This document shows positions 40,578 through 52,200 of a stretch of 64,000 bases of DNA, one piece after another. Made by a program: the position numbers and the translations under genes. How positions within the stretch are numbered: position 1 is the stretch's first letter; the number at the start of each line of letters is the position of its first letter. Source of the DNA: a virus (taxonomy: Duplodnaviria > Caudoviricetes). The notes beneath the pieces are model-generated. The model was not told the DNA's origin and ran no database searches. It saw nothing but the letters and a program-made list of their open reading frames with translations. The stretch covers positions 32,001 through 96,000 of the IMG/VR virus record IMGVR_UViG_3300035208_002804, one strand, 5' to 3'.

Positions 40578-40635
40578 ACAAAATAATTATATATTTACAG
40601 TATAAAAAGAGGAAGTGTTATAATGAATGGTTTTA

Positions 40636-41415
40636 TTATACAGTGAACGTAAATTGTGTGTTTCCCCATCCATTGTTGTATGTATTAAGTGTTAAATCAC
40701 CAGTTTCTACATCAGTATCATCACATATATATTTGAGAGACACGTTTGTTATATTTAATGAAACTGATAGATAACTATTGTATGGATAATAATATGTATT
40801 TGCATATACAACCACACGAATACTATATGTTGATGGATCACCTGATAAAGTTCCGAATTCTGGTATCGTGCAATTTGTTATTGATCCAGTAACATTTATT
40901 TTACCAGTTTTATCTGGATCTTCTGTTCCCACAGTCCAGGTGTCGCCAAATGTAGATAATGATATTATTAAATTGCTTGCATAAGGATCTGCTGGATCGT
41001 ATTCAACAGTTATCTCATAGGATAAAGATATTTTAATAGCATTTTGATAATCATCCGGACCATAAACAACCGGTATTATAGTATCTGCTGAACTTCCTTT
41101 TGTTATACTATTTGAGTTACTATCTGATGTGTCAACATATCTATTTATTACAATATTTTCATCGTTATCAACAGTTTTTCTATCATATGTTAATTGTTTT
41201 GTTACTGTATCGATTGCAGTAATAGTAATATACCAACTGGACAAATCAAGCCACCCTGTACAATAAAGTGTTGTTCCTATCATTCCCCCATTTACTAAAT
41301 TTCGTATTTCAGCATCAGATAAAGTTGTTTGTATTTTGTCTACATCTATAATTGTTGCAATTAATGGATCTGTACAATTTTTTAGGTAATCAAACGGGTA
41401 TGTTGTTGTTATCAT
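40636..41415 (-). CDS. Tail-region structural protein (hypothetical)
   Basis: Thr/Asp-rich, beta-type ORF in the tail module. Confidence 0.5.
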   Translation of the reverse strand: MITTTYPFDYLKNCTDPLIATIIDVDKIQTTLSDAEIRNLVNGGMIGTTLYCTGWLDLSSWYITITAIDTVTKQLTYDRKTVDNDENIVINRYVDTSDSNSNSITKGSSADTIIPVVYGPDDYQNAIKISLSYEITVEYDPADPYASNLIISLSTFGDTWTVGTEDPDKTGKINVTGSITNCTIPEFGTLSGDPSTYSIRVVVYANTYYYPYNSYLSVSLNITNVSLKYICDDTDVETGDLTLNTYNNGWGNTQFTFTV

Positions 41416-41436
41416 TATAATCTTTCCTTACAATTA

Positions 41437-42660
41437 CTAAAATGGAAATTCCCATGACGGTATTGCCCATACCGTATATCCATCCGTTTTAAAATATTCG
41501 TTAGATGCGTTATCAAACGCTCTGGCATATAAATTTCCATCGGGCCCTTCTTTAAATTGCATTATTTCTCGTCCATAATTACTCATCGGAATAAACTTAT
41601 AGGTTGGAATTATAATACCATTGTATTGAGACATAGCGTATGATGTTATATCTATTGTATTGCAATTTAGTGTATATTCTATTCCAATATTTGGAGATTG
41701 AAAAGATCTACCAACAATATAAGATTCTATTAAATTATCTATTCCATCATCATCTATATAATGAGTTTCAAGATTAACCGATTCACCAAATACAATATCT
41801 CCATTTGGATCAACGATTAAAAATCCAGTTATCGTATCTCCATGTATTTCATTGTTAGGAAATCCACTCCCATTTACGACGACCGTATATGCTTTGTATT
41901 TACCCCACGTTATCATCGACTGCATATAACTATTTATGGGAATATTGGTTAACCCAAATAGGAGTGAGTTGTTGTTATATTTATTATATCCATAATTAAG
42001 TGAAGTTACCGAAGTAGTAAAATAACTAAACGAATTCGGGGATCCTGGCAGTGGATTATATGGAATAAGCATACCGTTTCCATATATCCCATGTATATTA
42101 ATATAAAGTGAACTATCTGTAGTATTTATTGCATAAAATCTGTCTAATACATCACAGTTTAAACATCCACACGATTCGCATTTTTTACAACATCCAAGTT
42201 CAGTAGTTATAGAACCCCCTTTATTTTCTATGAACTTAAACGTGATTTCTGAAGCAGGATGAGGTAAAATTCCGCTTGTACAACTATTTATAAACACCCA
42301 ATCTGGTTCTATTTCAGATCCTTGATTAAACCATAATGATATTGGTAGTGTTGAACTTGCAACTTCTCCATAACTATCAATAAAAATATAATTTTTACCA
42401 CTGGCGCATTTTCTCACTTCAAAAACCGCATATGGTAATGTTGCACCTGATGCAATAAATAATAATGATAAATATCCATTATATTTATATCCACATTGTT
42501 TATAATGAACCGAATCGCCATAAACAACAGTTCCGGTATATATAGATGGACTTAAAGAAGAACTTCCAAGACAAACGGCAAATCTTTTAAGCCATATATT
42601 ACAATTTGAAGATAAGAATCCATAAATTCGTTGTTCGGTTCCTGTTACAATAGATGTCAT
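41437..42660 (-). CDS. Tail-region protein with Cys cluster (hypothetical)
   Basis: 407-aa ORF containing CCKKCESCGCLNC. Confidence 0.5.
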   Translation of the reverse strand: MTSIVTGTEQRIYGFLSSNCNIWLKRFAVCLGSSSLSPSIYTGTVVYGDSVHYKQCGYKYNGYLSLLFIASGATLPYAVFEVRKCASGKNYIFIDSYGEVASSTLPISLWFNQGSEIEPDWVFINSCTSGILPHPASEITFKFIENKGGSITTELGCCKKCESCGCLNCDVLDRFYAINTTDSSLYINIHGIYGNGMLIPYNPLPGSPNSFSYFTTSVTSLNYGYNKYNNNSLLFGLTNIPINSYMQSMITWGKYKAYTVVVNGSGFPNNEIHGDTITGFLIVDPNGDIVFGESVNLETHYIDDDGIDNLIESYIVGRSFQSPNIGIEYTLNCNTIDITSYAMSQYNGIIIPTYKFIPMSNYGREIMQFKEGPDGNLYARAFDNASNEYFKTDGYTVWAIPSWEFPF

Positions 42661-42737
42661 TTGTTATAAAATAGGTTAGTAAAGTATTTAATTGTGGTGT
42701 TATAAAGATGTTTGTTTTTATATCAATATTAGATGAT

Positions 42738-43841
42738 TTAAGGGGTTCCAATTGTAATCCAAGTTACTATTTCATTAATATACATTTGAATTGCTGGAAT
42801 TGCGGTGTTATAATATGTATCTCCCGTGGCAAATTCGGTTGGATATGTTGAAAATTCTCCTAAATACCTACTATATGTTCCTGTATGTAGATGCCCCACT
42901 GCCGAAAAATCACTTGGTTTTGTTCCACTGTCTACAAGTTTTAAGCCATCTGTACTTCCAAATGTTACAATGTTTCCTGATACTGTTGTTGGCGAAACTG
43001 TTGGGAATACACTGTTTAGATAGGACAGGGTTGGAAATGAACTTGCATAATACCCACCAAGAGTATCAGCATCTAATCCAGATCCAGTTCCATCGTTGTA
43101 TTGGGTCCAGACTTTTTGACCATCTATGAATAGATCGGTTCCATCAGTTGATAGTGTAATGCTGGTTGGTTCAGTTGGAAATCCACCTAATGTAATAGTA
43201 GAAAATACATAGAGATTGGTTGTTTCATGTAGTGTTGTAGTTAGATCGGTAATTGGACCTATTATAGTTGGATAACCCCAAGTTCCATCATCGAGTAAAC
43301 TTTTTCCAAGTGGTGTTGTTGCAAATGGTAATACATTATAGAGTTGATATTTTACATAATCGAAATCGGTTCCATTGTATTCAAGCGAATATCCAGTTGG
43401 AAAATCATCAAAATTGAACCACACCCACGGGATTAAATTTGATTGAGTTACACCATCAGATATTTTTATTCGTCCGGTTGGATCATCACTAATATCATCG
43501 GTTTCTATTAATAGACAAAATGTTGGAAACACATCATCAACCGTTGACCAATTTGTTTCGCTATCGATCTTTCCTTGTAATGTGTATCTAAATGTTCCAT
43601 ACAAATCTTCGTAACGAACCAATTGATTGTTTACTGGAGTCCCACTTTGAACCGGTATATTTCCTATTGTTGTTCCACCAACATATGTAAGAGAACTCCA
43701 GTGTGTAATACCATCTCCAATCTTTTGTCTTCCATCACCATCATCAATATTAACAGCAATTACACCCTTAAATATAATAGGATCAAATCTGGTGAAATTT
43801 GCAAGATAATCCGGATAGATATTTTGTGAAGTTCTAAACAT
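42738..43841 (-). CDS. Tail fibre protein with duplicated Mtd-N/hyaluronidase-N-like motif
   Basis: KIGDGITHWSSLTY and KISDGVTQSNLIPW; GSGLDADTLGG. Confidence 0.7.
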   Translation of the reverse strand: MFRTSQNIYPDYLANFTRFDPIIFKGVIAVNIDDGDGRQKIGDGITHWSSLTYVGGTTIGNIPVQSGTPVNNQLVRYEDLYGTFRYTLQGKIDSETNWSTVDDVFPTFCLLIETDDISDDPTGRIKISDGVTQSNLIPWVWFNFDDFPTGYSLEYNGTDFDYVKYQLYNVLPFATTPLGKSLLDDGTWGYPTIIGPITDLTTTLHETTNLYVFSTITLGGFPTEPTSITLSTDGTDLFIDGQKVWTQYNDGTGSGLDADTLGGYYASSFPTLSYLNSVFPTVSPTTVSGNIVTFGSTDGLKLVDSGTKPSDFSAVGHLHTGTYSRYLGEFSTYPTEFATGDTYYNTAIPAIQMYINEIVTWITIGTP

Positions 43842-43873
43842 ATTTTATCACCAAATAATTTATATCAAAAAAT

Positions 43874-44167
43874 CTATACTGTTGAAATTTTACCGTCATA
43901 TCCAAGCGTTGTTGAAGCACCCGAAATATTTTTAACCTTGAAATAAATTGCATTTGTTGGATTAATTGGTTGTGCAAACTGTAAGGTGTCAGTTATTGTA
44001 AATAGTAAAATATCAGTCGTTCCATCAGTTCTATATATTTCACATTCAACACCAGCAGGAATGTAGATATTTTGAATACCCCATTCAGCAGTTCCAGATG
44101 GTTGTATTGTTAGATAACCATCATCAACAACAGTAGAATGAACAGAAACAACCCCGCCTAACGCCAT
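43874..44167 (-). CDS. Small virion protein (hypothetical)
   Basis: 97-aa beta-rich ORF in the tail module. Confidence 0.5.
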   Translation of the reverse strand: MALGGVVSVHSTVVDDGYLTIQPSGTAEWGIQNIYIPAGVECEIYRTDGTTDILLFTITDTLQFAQPINPTNAIYFKVKNISGASTTLGYDGKISTV

Positions 44168-44268
44168 TAATAATTCTCCCGATCAACTTGTCCAATATGG
44201 AAATAGAATTTACAATTCGACATTAACTTTGCCCCCAACCATTCAATGTGTTACGATCCTTCATATTT

Positions 44269-44823
44269 TCATACTCCTCTATTATTGATTATTTTCCAGA
44301 TGCCACCGAAGTTTTCACCACTTGTAATATCCCAATCATAGAATGTCTGGCGTGCTCCCATATCAGTAGTTCCAGCAAGAGAAACATGAAGTCCTGCTTC
44401 TTTAAGAGTATAATTACCGTCAGCAGTAAAAACAGCAGTATAGGTAACAGTGTCGTTTGTTGTATAAGTAGTTGTTAATGCATTGGTTGTTGCTACTCTT
44501 GCCATAACAGGAGATATCAAGTTGGTATATGTGTAAGTTGTTCCGTTGGTTCCATCGATTCCAACTGAACAGTATAGATATTTTGTTGAAAGGTAAGTTG
44601 ATAGATCTGCTAATGCATAATTAGTAAGAGCATCACCAGCATAATTTCTAACACCAAGTCTACACAGTAATTTCTGTAATATATTTGGATTATTTACCGT
44701 TTCAACTTCTGGTTTGTTATTCCACCAATCACTATTAATATCATCAATTCGATGTAATTCAAATTTATCGGTTAATGACGAAACTTCAGGAATAATATTG
44801 GCGGTGAATTGTTTCATCTGCAT
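44269..44823 (-). CDS. Baseplate/fibre-attachment protein
   Basis: VGIDGT...YTAVF...LKEAGL pattern of tail-collar-type proteins. Confidence 0.55.
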   Translation of the reverse strand: MQMKQFTANIIPEVSSLTDKFELHRIDDINSDWWNNKPEVETVNNPNILQKLLCRLGVRNYAGDALTNYALADLSTYLSTKYLYCSVGIDGTNGTTYTYTNLISPVMARVATTNALTTTYTTNDTVTYTAVFTADGNYTLKEAGLHVSLAGTTDMGARQTFYDWDITSGENFGGIWKIINNRGV

Positions 44824-44941
44824 TACAACTAACTATAATTTTAACGCTATATAAAAAGAAAGTTATAAGAGTAAAGATTGGGAAAAGTAGATTATAGTTA
44901 TCACAATTCTATTTTTAATATCACAATAAACTTATCACCCT

Positions 44942-46924
44942 CTACTCTTCTACCAAATCTGCTGCTTCAATTACAAATGCATCTTGAAATACAGCATATT
45001 CATAGTAAAATCTCACTCTATACTTATACTTCGTGGGGGATACTATGCCGAATTTGTTTGGGGTTGTATTGCTATAGATAAAAATGTCACTTGATCTTAC
45101 ACCATCGTTTGGAGCATGTGATAATGAATCTGAAAATTCAAGTGATTTACCATGCTCTATTGGAAAATAAACACCATAATCGTTAATTGTAAAGTTAACA
45201 AAATAAAGCGGTTCTCCTAATATCGATTGTAATATTGGTGCTTCTTTGTAAGTTGTGTATAATCTTTCACGAAATACCGGGTCTATTTCTTCTCGTGGTA
45301 TATCTATTGATGTTGCAAATGCATATTCACAATTAAAGAATCGTAATTTGTCTATATGTGTAGTTAAATCGGTTGCAAGTATTTCTTCATCGATTGTTGT
45401 GTTTGGAGTAGTTGTTATCTCAAATATCGTATCAGTTGAATCCGGTGATGCTCCATAAGTATACGTGGTCGAATCGTCTGATAATTGTTTACATCTTACG
45501 TTAATTGTTCTATAGTTATCGTTTGATGCCAGTAATTGTGGAGTCAGAACTTTACAATAATCATTATCATCGGCGTTTCCTTTGTATGCAAGTCGTTCGA
45601 AATCATTTTGTGTAATTCCTCGTGTAGGAGCATCCATAACATCAATATAACTTTTGTATAATACAGCAGGATGATCTGTTCCAATCGAAGATGTGATTGG
45701 TTCAAGAGTTAAACATGTTGGAATGTATACATCGTTAACACTATCCCATTTTGCATAATAACCAAATACTCGAATTACTTCTGCAAGTTTAAACCCATCG
45801 ATTACACCGAATAATGGATAATTCAATCCGGTTACTCTATTATCTTCGCTTCCTGCTGGCAACGTATATAAGTAATTTAGTTCTTTTGATTTTGCACCCT
45901 CACTGCGAGTATTCATCAGTAATCCGTTTTCATCATAATAAAATTTAAATGTTATTTTGATGTTTCCTATAGTAACAGCAGTTGCCAAATTATTTGTTAT
46001 CTGGAAGTAAAATTGTGGAGTTGATAAACAAGCGCGTTCAATTACTGTTTGACCAGAAGTATCTATGTTATAATTAAGAACGTCTTTTAATTCAATAGGA
46101 GGCATTCCACTAAACTTACCAATGGTAAATTCTTCATTATGGGTAACTCCAGGTGATGTTGTTGGAATGAGTGTTTCAGAATTACTAGAAGTAATCAAAT
46201 TGGTCATTACTTTACTTGTGTATGTTAATGTTCCTTCATACCAATCTGGATAAGATGGAAATTGCATCTGCATTCCACATTTTACATCAAATGCATTATT
46301 TTCATCGGTAGTTTCTTTGAGTGCAATCGAAACAACAACACTACCATAACTATAAAATGCAGGAATATACTTCAAATTTTCAATCTTTTTATCAGCAGTT
46401 ACTATCCAATCATCTGATGGATGTGCTTCAAATTCAGCAGCGTCTACATACACATCAATAGCAGTTTCAGCGGGTATTGGTATTCCATCTACACCAGCAT
46501 CTCCACCTGCAAAATTAATTGATGCATCCCATGAAGATGTTTTTGATTCTTTTGTATAATTTAGAGATTCTGATAGTTTGGTAATTTCAGCAGTTATTCT
46601 TACATCACCATTACATTCGGGTGGTAAATATAGTGGTTTATCTGCAAAGGCATTTCCATTTTTAATATCAGTTAAATCATCAGGACTATGTATAACAACT
46701 GATTTGATAGTTCCATATTCATCCTGTAATCCATCTTTATAACCAATTAAAATTGAATATGTTCCAGCAGAAGCATAAGTATGAGTGATAGATTTTCCAG
46801 TAGCAGTTGTTCCGTCTCCAAAATTCCAGACAACCAAATAAATATCACCAGTTCCAACCTTTGCTACTGTTCCTGTGATTGTAAACTTTGTTACTTTAAT
46901 ATTTACTGAAACCGGACACGACAT
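44942..46924 (-). CDS. Tail-tip protein with N-terminal PKD domain
   Basis: WNFGDGTTATG-x-x-x-THTY-x-x-x-GTY. Confidence 0.6.
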   Translation of the reverse strand: MSCPVSVNIKVTKFTITGTVAKVGTGDIYLVVWNFGDGTTATGKSITHTYASAGTYSILIGYKDGLQDEYGTIKSVVIHSPDDLTDIKNGNAFADKPLYLPPECNGDVRITAEITKLSESLNYTKESKTSSWDASINFAGGDAGVDGIPIPAETAIDVYVDAAEFEAHPSDDWIVTADKKIENLKYIPAFYSYGSVVVSIALKETTDENNAFDVKCGMQMQFPSYPDWYEGTLTYTSKVMTNLITSSNSETLIPTTSPGVTHNEEFTIGKFSGMPPIELKDVLNYNIDTSGQTVIERACLSTPQFYFQITNNLATAVTIGNIKITFKFYYDENGLLMNTRSEGAKSKELNYLYTLPAGSEDNRVTGLNYPLFGVIDGFKLAEVIRVFGYYAKWDSVNDVYIPTCLTLEPITSSIGTDHPAVLYKSYIDVMDAPTRGITQNDFERLAYKGNADDNDYCKVLTPQLLASNDNYRTINVRCKQLSDDSTTYTYGASPDSTDTIFEITTTPNTTIDEEILATDLTTHIDKLRFFNCEYAFATSIDIPREEIDPVFRERLYTTYKEAPILQSILGEPLYFVNFTINDYGVYFPIEHGKSLEFSDSLSHAPNDGVRSSDIFIYSNTTPNKFGIVSPTKYKYRVRFYYEYAVFQDAFVIEAADLVEE

Positions 46925-46976
46925 AATTATACTTCTCCTATTTTATTATAAATACGGTGTATTTTACTCAAAACAA

Positions 46977-48707
46977 TTACACCGTTCCTTCCGTTACTGC
47001 ATTGCCTGCTACATAGGTTCCTGTTTTTTCAGTGATTGTTTCAGTTGTAAATGGAACACCATCCATTGCAGGAGATAACGATGTTCTATAAATATCGAAA
47101 ATGCTGTAATAACTTGGGCCAACAACTATTGTAGTTCCTGATTCACTAATAACAACATCGGTTATTTTCCATACTGTGTCTTTTGGATCTGTAAGTGGAT
47201 CTGCATCCGGGCCTTCCAAATATGTCATTTTATATTCAACGGTTTGATCTCCAAGTCCACTAAAATAATCACATTCTTTAAATCGCGTGGTTCCTGGTGG
47301 AAATTTAACCTTAAATATATCAGTTATCACACGAGCATCCCAATAAATCCGTTCAGCAAAGGCTTCTAATGTTCCATTATAATTATTTGACGATAATCTG
47401 AAGTTCATAATGGTAACTTTACCTGGATCGAATGAAGCATTAAATGGATAAAATGCCCTGTCATTCCCATCTGAATTCCACACACATACAATATCCGGGG
47501 CATATGAAAGGGCACCATCGTCAGACAATTTTTCAGTTGACAAAATAAATTCAGTTAATGGATTAATAGTTATCAAATCTCTTATAAATCCATATTCAAG
47601 GGCACCTGTTTTTCGATGATACCATGTACTAAATCCACAGGTATTTTCAAGAAAGGTATCAAGTGCTTTTCCAATGACCATTCCAGATATAACCATTGCT
47701 GGTAATTTTTCTTCTCTACCCGGTATAGTTTCTTTAGTATCCAAATCACCTGCTCTACATGTTCCATTTCCCGGACTATATGTCAACCGTGGATGAGATT
47801 TATAAAAACTTAAAATTGCTTTTACAAAATCTTTAACTTTTAACTGCCCGTGTCCGTCTAATGGATTATGAATTACCATTCGTGATTTAAAAATACCGCC
47901 AGTAGTTTTGATAATTGGCATCTCATACATACAGTAACCAATTTCTTTACATTCGTATGTATATGTCCCATTCTGATTATTAATTACATTTTTAATATAA
48001 CCATTAAAGAAATAATCATAAGAAGAATCACCAGCAAGACAAATTTTCACTTGATCGTCTTTGTGGAATTCATATTTTACTGTTGAAAATTTAGCACTGT
48101 TGATATCATTCGATGTCTCATGCACCATCGTATTAAAAATCGGATAAGATACATCATTTATTAAACAAATAAAAGATACGTTGTCTCTAATTGTAAATGC
48201 AGTGTCTTCTTTATAGATTTGAGTTTCATATGGTTTAGTAAATACATAACTCAATTCCATCGTAAACTGATAAGAACCAAGTTCCTTTGCATTTCTATCC
48301 CACATAAATGATTTTATTGTCCATATGCCAGCAAGTTCCGGGAAATCAATTAATCCATCATTTACTTGAAGTGCAATCCTTACTGTGTTTTCTGTGTCAG
48401 TATTTGTTGTATTTAGTATATTTTCATCTGATACTTCAGAACCGATTTTAGTTCCATTTACACAGTCAATGATCATATGAGATTGAAATTTACCAATAAT
48501 TTTACAGATACATGATTTTAGACCCATTGGAATGATAAACGGCTCGCATGATTTTTCAACCTTTTCATAATCACTCAATGTTGTTATGGTGATATCAATT
48601 AATGAACATGGTTGCAATACATGAGTTGGAACCCAATTTGACGTTCCATCGTTTCGTTTCTCTTCTTCTAACCGCTTAAATTGAACATATCCATTTTCTA
48701 TTGTCAT
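46977..48707 (-). CDS. Tail hub/tip (Tal-like) protein
   Basis: Second gene after the tape measure protein; FNGYIKNV pattern. Confidence 0.5.
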   Translation of the reverse strand: MTIENGYVQFKRLEEEKRNDGTSNWVPTHVLQPCSLIDITITTLSDYEKVEKSCEPFIIPMGLKSCICKIIGKFQSHMIIDCVNGTKIGSEVSDENILNTTNTDTENTVRIALQVNDGLIDFPELAGIWTIKSFMWDRNAKELGSYQFTMELSYVFTKPYETQIYKEDTAFTIRDNVSFICLINDVSYPIFNTMVHETSNDINSAKFSTVKYEFHKDDQVKICLAGDSSYDYFFNGYIKNVINNQNGTYTYECKEIGYCMYEMPIIKTTGGIFKSRMVIHNPLDGHGQLKVKDFVKAILSFYKSHPRLTYSPGNGTCRAGDLDTKETIPGREEKLPAMVISGMVIGKALDTFLENTCGFSTWYHRKTGALEYGFIRDLITINPLTEFILSTEKLSDDGALSYAPDIVCVWNSDGNDRAFYPFNASFDPGKVTIMNFRLSSNNYNGTLEAFAERIYWDARVITDIFKVKFPPGTTRFKECDYFSGLGDQTVEYKMTYLEGPDADPLTDPKDTVWKITDVVISESGTTIVVGPSYYSIFDIYRTSLSPAMDGVPFTTETITEKTGTYVAGNAVTEGTV

Positions 48708-48722
48708 GTTATATCACCATAT

Positions 48723-49184
48723 TTAAGCAGTTGGTAATGCTCCATACCACCGTTTCAAAGTCAATAATCCAATATAAAGTCGTCGTTGAACATTTCTTCG
48801 TAATACAAACGATTCTACAAACCAATGTGAACTAATTGGAAACTCTTTAAAATTAACATTTGCATTAACTGTTAGAATTGAAGACGCCATGAAAATATTT
48901 TTTGGATGTGGAACTACTCTATATGGAGTTGTATCAGTTACATATGCATTTATATCGGGTATTGGTATTTCAAGCGAAACACTATCAAGTAATCTTCCAT
49001 ATGTGGTGTTAATTGGTGCTGATGATTGCACTGATATACTTTCAGATGATACTTCTCTCCTATCTTGGACAGTAAAAATCTTCAATGTATGAGTATATCC
49101 AGTATCGGGAGCATATCGTTTATTTCCAACTTCGGGTTCCCCCATCGTGTAATATAAAAATGTTTCAGCAAGCACCAACGACAT
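48723..49184 (-). CDS. Distal tail (Dit-like) protein
   Basis: First gene after the tape measure protein; size and position only. Confidence 0.4.
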   Translation of the reverse strand: MSLVLAETFLYYTMGEPEVGNKRYAPDTGYTHTLKIFTVQDRREVSSESISVQSSAPINTTYGRLLDSVSLEIPIPDINAYVTDTTPYRVVPHPKNIFMASSILTVNANVNFKEFPISSHWFVESFVLRRNVQRRLYIGLLTLKRWYGALPTA

Positions 49185-49298
49185 GTTGAATATATCAAGA
49201 GGTTTACAATATATAAAGAAAAGGTTAGGAAAGAAGAGAAAATGAGAGAAAAATAATGAACTGTAGTAAAAAGAAATTGTAAGTTTTCCTCATTCCCA

Positions 49299-52200
49299 TT
49301 ACAATCTGCTGGTTGTTGGTTGTGTTGTTGGTAATATACTTCTTACAATCTGTTCAATCATAGCAACTAAATCTGTTTTTACTTTTGATGCAATAACATT
49401 CGAATCATCACCTTGCACATTCACCGAAATTTCTACTTTCTGTGGCTGTGTAGTTGATTGACTGATAATTTGTTCTTGTTTTAATGTTTCTGCCGTTTTA
49501 ACTAGTTGAATACTTGTAAATTCATTTTCATTTGTTTTAGAAACAAAACTATAATTTCCAGAATTATTTTCTGGATTTACATTATATGTTTCACTTCCAG
49601 TCATTAATTTATTGTAAAATGCTGGTAATCCTTCGTTTGATACAGCATCTAATTCTCCATTAACGATTGAAAATCCTTTTGCTGTTGTTATCATTCCATC
49701 GTTTAATGATTGTAATGTTGCTGGTTGAGTTATATCATCTTCATTTACTCCGGTTGAAATTTTTGCTGTTGTTTCTGGAAGTAACATGTTTGCAAGAGCA
49801 GGTCCAATTACTGGAACAATACCAGTCATAGCAAGACTCAATAATGCTGCTGGATCTTGTGTTACTTCTTCTGCTAATTTTCCACCCATAACACCAAGAG
49901 ATTCACCAGTTCCAATTAAACCGGTTCCAGCACCAAATATACTTCCAACATCAAGATTCGCAAGCGATCCAATTAAATCATAAATACTACTGTTTAAATC
50001 TGCAATTCCACCACTAACTTCTAAATTTCCAAGCGGAGTTGGTAATGAAACATTTGTTCCACGAATCATGTCTGAAACTGCTGTATTACCACCCTTCAGT
50101 TTATTCCAGAACCCGTTATACTGATCGGACATACCAAGTCCTTTGACTGCTTGCTGTGCAACAAAACCCGGCATAACACTGAAATCCATTAACCCTTTAT
50201 TCTGGTTTAATGTGTCTCTCATCTGTTCTTCGTTTAATCCAAATCTTTTGCCCCAGACTCCCATTCCACGACCATAACCAGACTGAATTAAATTACTAGT
50301 GAATATACCAGATGCGTTGTTATATTTTCCCTTTCCTGTTCCTTGGGTAATCTCATCAAGAGGAACGCCATTCATGAAATTTTCATTAGCAATACCACCT
50401 TCTGCTAAACCAGAAAGGACAACTGCTTCTGGTGCCCCTGCAAGTTTCATTAAATCGAGTGTTGTGGCACCAACACCACCAACTGCTTTACCTGCCCAAG
50501 ATGCTGCTGTATTTCGTGCTGGTCCACTTCCAACAACTCTTGAAATCATTGCTGGTAGCACTCTACTACCTTGCTCCATAACCCGCTCTCCTCCGCCAGT
50601 GAGAGCATTCATTGCAATTTGATTATTTAATTCAAGTGCTGCGGAATATGGATCTCTATTTTGATTTACATTAGTTCCAACTGATAAAAGATCAACAACA
50701 TCAAGAACCCCAATCTCTTTTCCAGTTAACTGATCTTTCCCTTTTACTGGTGATGTAGCACTAAACTTACCTTTATTGAACAACCGATCTACTATAGAAG
50801 GAGATTGTTTGCTTGGCATTTCAGGATATTCGTATTTACCGTTGACGAATTTGTCCCAAAATCCAGCATTACGAACTCCTGTTGGACCATAATCTTTTAC
50901 ATCACCAGGTGCTCTATAATATGCATGTTGTGCAAGTGAATCAGAATTTAAAATCCCACCAAGCGATCTTCCACCATATGCACTTGCAAGATTGCCACCC
51001 ACTGTTGTTGCTGCTCCCTTAACTGCACCAGCACCTTTTTGGAGCATTTCAACAACTTTACCATTGTCAAGCGTTAACAATGCAAGTCCAAGATCTTTGA
51101 TTACGTTTCCTGCTGTTTCAGCACCGTTCATTAATGCTTTTAATGATTCCATTGCACTATGAGCAATACTATCAATTGCTGCACCTACAGTTTGTTTAAA
51201 TGATTCAAATGCAGTCTGAAGTAGATTTGCCACCGCACCAGTATATGACGATGGTAATGTTGACGGGTTTGGGTTAGCATTTGGATTTGGATTTTCATTA
51301 ACTTGTGGATTTGGATTTACATTTTCGTCAGGGCGCCAGAAAGATTCTTCATTTAAATTATCTTCTGGTGATGGCGAAGGGTTTGGATTTACACCCATTC
51401 CATTACCGGTCATTCCGTTTGGATTACCAAGGAACCCATAAATCCAGCGCTGGGGAAGTCCCATGTCAAATGGCATACCTCCTTTTTCATCGTTACCGTT
51501 TTGCCAGCCGTCTTTCCAGTTTCGAATGTAAACGCCGATTCCATCAGATTCAGCAGCAGCAACTAAAACTTTAGCAGATGATTTACTTGCAGTTGCATTC
51601 TCATCAGTTTTGTTGTAGATTTTAAATCCAAATGTATCAGTATCAGATTTGTTAATTGCATAACCGGAAACAGACATTCCACTACTGTTTTGTAATAGTC
51701 CTATTGAACCGCCGGTTGCAAATTTGTTTAATTGATCAAGGGTGTTTTTACCAAGTTTACTTGCAGATCTCTTGTTGATGACATATTCTCCTTCTTCTAC
51801 ACGAACGGTTTTGTCATCAATTGCCGCTGTATTTGGACCACCAATTGCACCACCTTCAGCAAACATTTTTTCCTGTGTTATTGGATTAACACCAGAAAGA
51901 ACTGCTCCAGCAGATGAAATTGGTTTTAACCACCAAGGCGCTTCCTGCCCACTTATCCATTGATACGCCTGGCCAACTGCTTCGAGTGCGATAACTGCTA
52001 ATCCTGCTTTTAATGCAATACCATTCATTCCAAGATTCAGAGCATCGACTGCCATATTAACTTGTTTTAATGCTTTTACTGCACCGGCTGCTTGTCCAAA
52101 CCCACTCAAGAACAATGATACTCCAGATGTTAATGGTTGTAATAATAAGGTTATACCATACATTTGAGCAGCAATCTTAATTAAACCAGGATGATCACCA